From: Deltaproteobacteria bacterium | GTDB lineage: Bacteria; Myxococcota_A; UBA9042; DTJE01 | Assembly: GCA_016875475.1 (NCBI GenBank) | Contig: VGRB01000001.1 | Span: forward strand, 1-48,220 | Direction: 5' to 3' | DNA: 48,220 nt | In this document: positions 25,598 to 33,100 of the stretch, one piece after another | Layout: the number at the start of each line of letters is the position of its first letter | Numbering within the stretch: position 1 is the first letter of the stretch | Made by a program: the position numbers and the translations under genes | The notes under the pieces: model-generated | What the model saw: the letters and a program-made list of their open reading frames with translations, nothing else | Databases searched by the model: none | Told to the model about the DNA's origin: nothing

Positions 25598-26622
25598 CAC
25601 GTCCCCACGTGCTTCGCGAGCACTGCGCGGGCGCGGGCCGGGTCCGTGGTGCCGCGCACGATCGCCCGGCCGTCCGGGAAGAGCGCGACCTCCAGGCCGT
25701 CCGCGCAGAACCTGAGCAGATACGGGCTCCTGCGTGCATTCGCGTCCGCGGGGAGCCGCGCCGCCACCTCGTCGAGGCCGGGCCGGGCGCCCGGGCCCGC
25801 GCTCACCTGGACCTGGTCGCCACCGCACAGCACGGTCGTCCGCGACCCCTTCCGTCCCTCCAGGTGGTCGAACCGCCCCTGCGCGCAGACCGGGCACGCG
25901 GGGGAGCGCGCGACCTCGACCTCGGCCCGCTCGCCGGTCCACAGGTCGAACGACAGAAGCGTGCGGCGGACCCGGTGGGCGTTCCCGGTAATCACCTTCA
26001 GCGCCTCCGCGGCCTGGAGCGACGCGACCGCGAGCACGGTCGGGGAGAAGACGCCCGCGGCCTCGCACGTCGGGACCGAGCCGGCCGGAGGGGCGTCCTC
26101 GACCAGGCACGAGAAGCAGGCGGTCCGCCCAGGCAGCACGGTCCACTGGACGCCGTAGGTCCCCGCGACCGCGCCGTGGACCCACGGGATGGCGTGGCGG
26201 ACGCACGCCTCGTTCGCGAGCAGGCGCAACTCGAAGTTGTCCGCGCCGTCCACGACCAGCGTCGCGTCGCGCGCCAGCGCCTCGACGTTCGTCCGGTCCA
26301 CGTCCGCGACCACGCCCTCGACGGCGATATCGGCGTTCGCGGACCTGAGCTTCCGCGCCGCGGCCTCGGCCTTGGGCAGGGAGGCGTCCACGTCCGCCTC
26401 GTCGAACAGGACCTGGCGGTGCAGGTTCACGCGCTCGGGGAGGTCCCGGTCCACCACGACGAGCCGGCCGACGCCCGCGCGGGCGAGCAGCATGGCCGCC
26501 GCGCCGCCGAGCGCGCCGCACCCGAAGACCACGACCGAGGACGCGGCCACGCGGCGCTGGCCGTCCTCGCCGAACTCCGGCAGGACGCAGTGGCGGCGAT
26601 GGCGTTCGAGGGACGGCTCCAC
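25597..26622 (-). CDS. ThiF/MoeB/HesA-family E1-like adenylyltransferase with ~95-aa C-terminal extension
   Basis: LPEFGEDGQRRV...VVFGCGALGG nucleotide loop. Zn motifs CFSC and CPVC. GTG at 26622 is preferred over ATG 26688, because the intervening codons (att ata atc) break the high-GC3 pattern and contain a TATAAT palindrome. Confidence 0.85.
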   Translation of the reverse strand: MEPSLERHRRHCVLPEFGEDGQRRVAASSVVVFGCGALGGAAAMLLARAGVGRLVVVDRDLPERVNLHRQVLFDEADVDASLPKAEAAARKLRSANADIAVEGVVADVDRTNVEALARDATLVVDGADNFELRLLANEACVRHAIPWVHGAVAGTYGVQWTVLPGRTACFSCLVEDAPPAGSVPTCEAAGVFSPTVLAVASLQAAEALKVITGNAHRVRRTLLSFDLWTGERAEVEVARSPACPVCAQGRFDHLEGRKGSRTTVLCGGDQVQVSAGPGARPGLDEVAARLPADANARRSPYLLRFCADGLEVALFPDGRAIVRGTTDPARARAVLAKHVGT

Positions 26623-26626
26623 GGCT

Positions 26627-26640
26627 CGGATTATAATCCG
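26627..26640. promoter_or_regulatory. perfect 14-bp palindrome CGGATTATAATCCG presenting TATAAT on both strands
   Basis: Read directly from the sequence. TATAAT is at 26632-26637 (+) and 26630-26635 (-). It lies between the divergent E1-like and LolC-like genes. The minus-strand copy ends 7 nt before the GTG at 26622. Confidence 0.4.
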
Positions 26641-26705
26641 GCGCGCCGGGACGGCGCGGGAACTGCCGCGCCGGGACGGCGCAGCCACTCCCTGTTCGAG
26701 GCCGG

Positions 26706-28130
26706 ATGCCGACCCTGCTCAAGCGACTGCCGCTGTCCTGGGCCATCGGCCTGTCCCTGTTCTCCGGGCGGAGCCGGTCACGGGTGTCGGTCGCGACGAT
26801 CGTGTCCGTGGTCAGCATCGGCGTGGGCGTCGCGGTGCTGACCGCGGTGCTCGCGGTGACGGGCGGCTTCGAGGAGGCCTTCCGCGAGCGCATCCTCGGC
26901 GTGTACCCGCACATGGTGGTGCTGGCGCGCGGCGAGCGCTTCGAGGAGTACCGCGACGTGGCCGACCGCCTGGCGCGGCTGCCCGGGGTGGCAGGGACCA
27001 ACCCGTCGACCTACGACGAGATGATGGTGTCCTCGGACACGGGCAGCGCCGGGGCGATCGTCAAGGGGGTGGACATCGAGGGCGTCGACCGGGTGTCCTC
27101 GCTGACGGCGCTGACGACCCGCAAGTCCCTGGCCGGGCTGGCATATCGCGACGGCGAGCCGCTGCGCGCGGTGCTCGGGTGCGAGCTGGCGCGCCGCCTC
27201 GAGGTCGGCCCGGGCGACCGCGTCACCCTGACCACGCCGGTCCGGGGTCTCGGCGACGGCCCGGGCCCGATCGGCATGGCGCCGATGCAGCGGGCCTTCG
27301 TGGTCGAGGACTGCTTCGAGTCCGGGTTCTGGGAATACGACTCGCGCCTCGTCGTCATGGACCTCGCGTCTGCGCAGGCGTTCCTGGACCGGGGGCCGGC
27401 CGTGCGCTGGATCGAGCTCCGGCTGGACGACATGTTCGACACGGAGCGGATGCGCCGCTCGGCGCTGGTCGCGCTCTCGCCGTACGGCGTCGCGGACCTC
27501 GCCCGGGACTCGGTCCGGGTGCGCGAGATCGCCGGCCGGGCGATCGAGTCGGCACTGCCCGACGGCGCGACCGACGTGGTGTCGCTGATCCGCGCGGTCC
27601 GGCCGCTCCGGCGGGCGCTCGACTACGCGGACTTCGGCATGTCCGTCCCGCGCTACCGCGTGATCGACTGGAAGGAGATGAACCGGAACCTGTTCGGCGC
27701 GCTCGGGACCCAGAAGGCCGTGCTCGCGCTGTTCTTCCTGATCATCGTGCTCGTCGCCGCCTTCAACATCGTCGGCACCCAGCTCATCGTGGCGCGCGAG
27801 CGGGTGCGCGAGGTCTCGACGCTCGTGGCGCTCGGCGCGTCGCGTCGCCAGCTCGCGCGGGTGTTCGTGGCGCACGGGTTCGCGCTCGGGCTCGCGGGCG
27901 TGGCCGCCGGGCTCGCGGCCGGCTACGGCATCGTGTCCGCGATCCGGGGGCTCGACTTCCGGCTCGACCCGCGCGTCTACCTCATCACCGAGCTGCCCGC
28001 GAGCCTGCACTGGGACGACGCGCTGACGATCGCGGCCGTGTCCGCCGCGGTCGTGCTCGTGAGCTGCGTGCTGTCGTCCTGGCGCGCCACGAGGCTGAAC
28101 CCGGTGGACGGCCTTCGCAAGGTCGCGTAG
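26706..28130 (+). CDS. LolC/LolE-family lipoprotein-release ABC permease (FtsX/MacB-type)
   Basis: 474 aa. N-terminal TM, a large periplasmic domain, and three C-terminal TMs (FtsX domain). The N-terminus SWAIGLSLFSGRSRSRVSVATIVSVVSIGVGVAVL is typical. No ATPase gene lies next to it. Confidence 0.88.
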   Translation: MPTLLKRLPLSWAIGLSLFSGRSRSRVSVATIVSVVSIGVGVAVLTAVLAVTGGFEEAFRERILGVYPHMVVLARGERFEEYRDVADRLARLPGVAGTNPSTYDEMMVSSDTGSAGAIVKGVDIEGVDRVSSLTALTTRKSLAGLAYRDGEPLRAVLGCELARRLEVGPGDRVTLTTPVRGLGDGPGPIGMAPMQRAFVVEDCFESGFWEYDSRLVVMDLASAQAFLDRGPAVRWIELRLDDMFDTERMRRSALVALSPYGVADLARDSVRVREIAGRAIESALPDGATDVVSLIRAVRPLRRALDYADFGMSVPRYRVIDWKEMNRNLFGALGTQKAVLALFFLIIVLVAAFNIVGTQLIVARERVREVSTLVALGASRRQLARVFVAHGFALGLAGVAAGLAAGYGIVSAIRGLDFRLDPRVYLITELPASLHWDDALTIAAVSAAVVLVSCVLSSWRATRLNPVDGLRKVA

Positions 28131-28147
28131 GCTCCGCGGTCGGGCCG

Positions 28148-28972
28148 TCAGAAGTTCGTGACGATTACTTCCTCGATCTTGCCGCGCCGCTCGGCGTTGC
28201 TGTTGACGGCGCGGGACGCGAGAACCGTGTGGATGGGGAATCGCCCGTAGAGCCCGACCACCGAATCGGTCTTGGAGTTCGAGAGCATCACGAAGACCCG
28301 TCGCGAGGCAAGCTCCGCGAACACACGGGCAAGCCTCTCCTGGTCCGGCATCGCGAACCCGCCCTGGGCGTAGGCCGTGAACGAAGACGTTCGGGACAGC
28401 GGCACGTATGGCGGATCGAAGTACACGAGGTCCCGGGGCCTTGCCATCTCCAGGACCGCCTCGAAGGGCCGGATTGCGAGCGTCACCGAACTGAGAGCGG
28501 CCGCCGCCCTGCGCAGAGTGGCCTCGTCACAGATCGAAGGGTTGGCGTATCGACCCAACGGCACGTTGAACTCGCCACGGGAGTTCTCGCGATACAGACC
28601 GTTGAAGCACGTGCGGTTCAGGTAGATGATGCGGGCGGCCCGCTCGACGACGGACTCGGGGACCTGCCGACGAATCGCGTAGAAGTGCTCGGGCGAGTGT
28701 TTCTTCGCATGGTGTCGCAGCAGTTCGATGACTTCCTCGACATCGCGAGCAACGCCTTCGTACGCCTCGATGAGACGCGAATTCACATCGGAGAGAACGA
28801 CCCCGTTCCTGATCGCGCCAAGGCCGAAAAGAGCGAAGAAGAGCGCCCCACCGCCGACAAAGGGCTCGTGGTACGCCCCGAACGAGCGCAGACGCCGAAC
28901 GTGACCGACCAACTCCGGCAGCAGTTGTCTCTTGCCGCCGGCCCATTTCAGGAAGGGTCGGTACTCGGACAA
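28148..28972 (-). CDS. Dam-family (D12 class) N6-adenine DNA methyltransferase
   Basis: RPFLKWAGGKRQLLPEL, the EPFVGGGALFF AdoMet motif, NRTCFNGLYRENSRGEFNVP, and the catalytic DPPY. TTG at 28972 is preferred: AGGAG lies 8 nt upstream and it is just after the nuclease stop. The track start, GTG 29011, is the alternative. Confidence 0.9.
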   Translation of the reverse strand: MSEYRPFLKWAGGKRQLLPELVGHVRRLRSFGAYHEPFVGGGALFFALFGLGAIRNGVVLSDVNSRLIEAYEGVARDVEEVIELLRHHAKKHSPEHFYAIRRQVPESVVERAARIIYLNRTCFNGLYRENSRGEFNVPLGRYANPSICDEATLRRAAAALSSVTLAIRPFEAVLEMARPRDLVYFDPPYVPLSRTSSFTAYAQGGFAMPDQERLARVFAELASRRVFVMLSNSKTDSVVGLYGRFPIHTVLASRAVNSNAERRGKIEEVIVTNF

Positions 28973-28983
28973 GGCATCGACTC

Positions 28984-29373
28984 CTACAGACCGAAGTAGA
29001 GTTCGAGCCACTTGGGGAGGTGTCGGAACTCAACCGCCTTCCCCGTGGACAGCAGGAAGGCCACCATGTCCTTGGTGAAGCCTGCCCCTTCAAAGACGAC
29101 GAGCCCGCGAATGGGCCAACCCTTCATGTCCTCGATGGTCGCCGGGATCTTCTCTTGAGCGGTTCCTGGCTCCGCTTGGTACTTGCATTCGATCCCGAGA
29201 GTCAAGCGGGTCTTTGGGTCTCGCGCAACCACGTCGATCTGTCGCCGGGCGCCCCACAGGCGCCGTCCCACCTCGACCTCGGTCTCCGCCGCCAAGCCCA
29301 ACTCCCGGGCCAACGCGGCTACCCGGTCCCGAAGGTTTGTTCCACCTCGCACCGCCCGTGCCCTGCCCGGCAT
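28984..29373 (-). CDS. small PD-(D/E)xK nuclease-fold protein, putative restriction endonuclease partner
   Basis: Internal ATG at 29373 with GGAGGAGG upstream. 129 aa. D...E-x-K pattern (RQIDVVARD...LGIECKYQ). Sits immediately upstream of the methyltransferase on the same strand. The endonuclease role is inferred from context only. Confidence 0.55.
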   Translation of the reverse strand: MPGRARAVRGGTNLRDRVAALARELGLAAETEVEVGRRLWGARRQIDVVARDPKTRLTLGIECKYQAEPGTAQEKIPATIEDMKGWPIRGLVVFEGAGFTKDMVAFLLSTGKAVEFRHLPKWLELYFGL

Positions 29374-29431
29374 TGCTCCTCCTCCCGCACGGACGTCGAA
29401 TCGTACCCGAGCGGCCTCGAGTTGGGAATCT

Positions 29432-29575
29432 GGCGGCGGGCAGGGGGGCGAGCCGCGCCCCCCCTTCCAAACGATGCCCCTGGGGCCTGTCGGGCCGAGA
29501 AGGTGGGGTACGTGTCTCGACGGGAGTCGTTCGGGACCGCCTGCCATTTGGGCCGGGCGACAGCGCGGAATGCTC
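29432..29575 (+). repeat. ~145-bp GC-rich intergenic repeat, copy A
   Basis: Aligns end to end with the reverse complement of 43367-43511. Identical blocks: ggcggcgggcaggggggcgagccgcg, cgatgcccct, ggggtacg, gtcgttcgggaccgcctgcc, gcgacagcgcggaatgctc. Confidence 0.85.
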
Positions 29576-29953
29576 GGTCGGACGCAGCGGTGGCCGGTAG
29601 TCGCCGGCGGCTGTCGTCGGACGTGGTGCCCCGCAGGTTACGGGAAGCTATCCGTAACCGCCGGTTCTCTGCGTCCATCGCCAGCGACTCGACGGAAGGG
29701 GTCAGTTCCGGCGCGGTCGGGAGCGTGATCGGGGGGGCGCGCGGTCGGCTTCGCGCCCAGATCCACGAGGAGCAGCACCGGAAGGCGCTGCGGCCGGTGG
29801 GCCTGCCGGCTGGCCTCAGCCTTGGGGAAAGGGGAAGTCTCGCCGCGTGTCCGGGAGGCAGGCTGCGACAGGCCTGTGGCGCCGACTCGGAACTCGCCCC
29901 CCGACTACCGGTCAGCGCAGCGGCCGGACGGTCGGACGGCAGGGCGTCGGAAG

Positions 29954-30088
29954 GGCGGGTACCCGTACGTCCCGCTCTCCGCGTCCTCGTACTTCACCTC
30001 GTACACCGCGGACGGGTTCGGGCCGGAGGAGCAGGCGCGGCTCCGGGACGTTGCGCGCGACCTGAAGGCCCGGGGCGTCGCGGTGCTG
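29954..30088 (+). pseudogene. remnant of a second Dam-family methyltransferase (C-terminal fragment)
   Basis: The frame of ORF 29822..30145 reads GGYPYVPLSASSYFTSYTADGFGPEEQARLRDVARDLKARGVAVL. This parallels DPPYVPLSRTSSFTAYAQGGFAMPDQERLARVFAELASRRVFVML of the intact gene at 28148-28972. No N-terminal motifs are found upstream in any frame. Confidence 0.55.
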
Positions 30089-30179
30089 CCGTCACCGGTT
30101 CGCGCCACGGCAGCGAGCTTGGCTCCCCCGCGCGCGTTCCACTAGGATTCCTCCCGGGTCGATCCGTTCGCGGGGCAGC

Positions 30180-33100
30180 ATGATGGCGGTGATTCGCAGC
30201 GTGTCCCTCCTTCTCCTCGCGCTCGCGCTCGTGCCCGCGCTCGCGGCGTGCGGCGGGGGCACGTCGTCCGGGACCCCGGACCAGGACCCGGGCGCCCTGC
30301 CGGAGGCCGGGTGGACCGACGGGGGTGATCCTTCGGACGGCGCCGACGCGGAAGGTGCCGCCGGGGACGATTCCGCGGACGCGGGCACGATCCCCTGCTC
30401 GATCGACGACGACTGCGCGCCGCTCGCGGAGAGGCTCGCGGCGTGCCGCGTTCCGCGGTGCGGGCGCTCCGGGACCTGCGAGGCGGTGCCTGCCGGGGAC
30501 GGCTCGCCGTGCGGCGACGCGGAGCCCTGCCGGCCGGACGGGCTGTGCGTGTCGGGCGCCTGCATGGGCCGCGCGAAGGACTGCGACGACCACAACCCCT
30601 GCACCGACGACACGTGCGAGCCGGGCGTCGGGTGCCGGAACGCCCCGAACCGCCGTCCGTGCGACGACGGCAACCCATGTACCTCCGACGACGTGTGCGC
30701 GGACGGGTCGTGCGGGGGCCACAACGAGTGCCAGTGCGGGGGGGACGCGGAGTGCGCGGCCCACGAGGACCAGAACCGCTGCAACGGCACGCTCCGGTGC
30801 TCGAACGGCCTGTGCGAGGTGGACCCGGCCACGGTCGTCGTCTGCGACCCGCGGGCGCCCGGCGCCTGCCGCGTCCCGGCGTGCGACCCCCTCACCGGCG
30901 CGTGCGTCGAGGCGGACGTCCCGGACGGGCGGCCGTGCGACGACCTCGACGCGTGCACGGTCGGCGACGCCTGTCTCGGCGGCGCGTGCGTCGCGCTCGC
31001 CACGATCCACTGCGACGACAACAACCCCTGCACGAACGACGGCTGCGATCCCTCGGGCGGATGCGTGCGGACGCCGCGCGCCGGGGACTGCGACGACGGG
31101 AACGCGTGCACGCTCGACGACCGCTGCGACGCCTACGGCAAGTGCGTGGGGGTCCCGACCCCGGAGTGCGGTTGTCTCGACACGGCAGGGTGCGCCCCGC
31201 TCGAGGACGGGGACCGGTGCAACGGGACGCTGGCCTGCGTGAACCACGCGTGCGTGGTGGCACCGGCCACGGTCGTCGCGTGCGACACCTCGGGGGACGG
31301 CCCGTGCTCGCGCACGGCGTGCGTGCCGGCGACCGGCGAGTGCGCCGGGACCCCGGCGCCCGAGGGGCGGCCCTGCGACGACGGGAACGCGTGCAGCAGC
31401 GCCTCGGCGTGCCAGGCGGGCGAGTGCGTGCCGCTGGCGACGCTCTCGTGCGACGACGGGAACGTGTGCACCGGGGACTCCTGCGACCCGGGGCAGGGAT
31501 GCCGGCACGACCCGGTGGCGGGCGCCTGCGACGACGGCGACCCGTGCACCGGGCCGGACAACTGCGCCTGGGGCACCTGCAATCCGCTCGTCCGGGGGTG
31601 CGACGACCTCGATCCGTGCACGACGGACGTGTGCGACCCGGTCGAAGGGTGCGTGCACCAGGCGATCACGGGCGCCTGCGAGGACGGCAACGCGTGCACC
31701 GCCATGGAGACGTGCGTCGACGGCAAGTGCGTGGGCGGCGTCCCGGTCTCCTGCGACGACGGGAACCCGTGCACGGACGACCCCTGCGACCCCGCGGGGG
31801 GGTGCCGGCTCCACCCGCCGAACACCGTCCCGTGCGACGACGGCGACCCGTGTACCGGGGACGAGCACTGCTCCCAGGGCGCCTGCGTGCCGGGCGGCCC
31901 GCGGAACTGCGACGACGGCGACCCGTGTACGGCCGAGAGGTGCGACCCGGGCGTCGGGTGCGTCCGCTGGGGCAGCGGCGCGGCCTGCGACGACGGGAAT
32001 CCGTGCTCGCTCGACGACGCGTGCGCGGACGGCGGGTGTGCGCCCGGCGAGGCTACGACCTGCGACGACGGCAACCCGTGCACGACCGACTCCTGCGACG
32101 CGGTCGCGGGGTGCGTGCACGCGGACGCGCCGCCCGGGACCGGGTGCGACGACGGCGACGCGTGTACCGGGGAGGACGTCTGCCTGCCCGGCGGCAAGTG
32201 CCGTGGAACGTTCGTCGTTTGCGACGACGGGAACCCCTGCACGCTCGACCGGTGCGTCCCCGCGATCGGGTGCGTGGCCGACGACCTCGGTCACCGGTGC
32301 GACGACGGCTCCCCGTGCACCGAGGGCGACCGCTGCCGTGACGGGACGTGCGAGGGCGTGCCGAAGGGGTGCGACGACGGGAACCCGTGTACCGCCGACC
32401 GCTGCGACCCCGTCGTGGGTTGCGTGTGGGAGCCGCGGGCCGCGGCGTGCGACGACGGGAACGCCTGCACCGCCGGCGACGCCTGCCAGGGCTACGTCTG
32501 CCTGCCGGGACCGCGGCCGGACTGCGACGACCTGGACCCCTGCACGCTCGACCGGTGCCTTCCGGCCGCCGGCTGCCGGAACGACCGGCTCCTCGGGATT
32601 CCTTGCGACGACGGGGACCCGTGCACCGTCAAGGACCGCTGCCTCGCGACCGGGTGCGGGGGCGGCAGGCAGGCGTGCGACGACGGCAACCCGTGCACCA
32701 CGGACCTGTGCCTCCCCTACGGCGGGTGCGTGCACGAGCCCTCGGCCGCCGGGCCCTGCGACGACGGGAGCGTCTGCACGACCGGCGACGCCTGCGAGGC
32801 GGGCCGGTGTCGTGGCGTCGCGACGATCGACTGCTCGGACCAGGACCAGTGCACGCTCGACTGGTGCGACCCGGTCGCGGGCTGCACGCACAAGCCCCGC
32901 GGCTACTTCCCGTGCAGCGACGGCTCCGCGTGCACGATCGGCGACCATTGCGACCCGGACGGCAGGTGTACGGGCGCACCCCTGGCCTGCGACGACCGGA
33001 ACGACTGCACCGCGGACGGGTGCGACGCCGCCAAGGGGTGCTTCGCGACCCCGCTGCCCGGGAATGCGTGCGACGACGGCGACCCGTGCTCCGAATCCGA

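Noticed and set aside
29214-29600. ORFs crossing the 145-bp repeat copies (for example 29214..29600, 29183..29728, 43355..43702), which give similar peptides such as ...SFGTAC..GRATARNA.
   Set aside because: The two copies differ by indels that are not multiples of three, so no single reading frame is conserved across the element. I treat it as non-coding.
28148-30180. Looked for integrase or transposase genes, a tRNA gene or direct repeats that would define the restriction-modification region as a classical genomic island or IS.
   Set aside because: None found. Only the lower GC, the methyltransferase remnant and repeat copy A point to horizontal gene flux, so no mobile_element feature is called.
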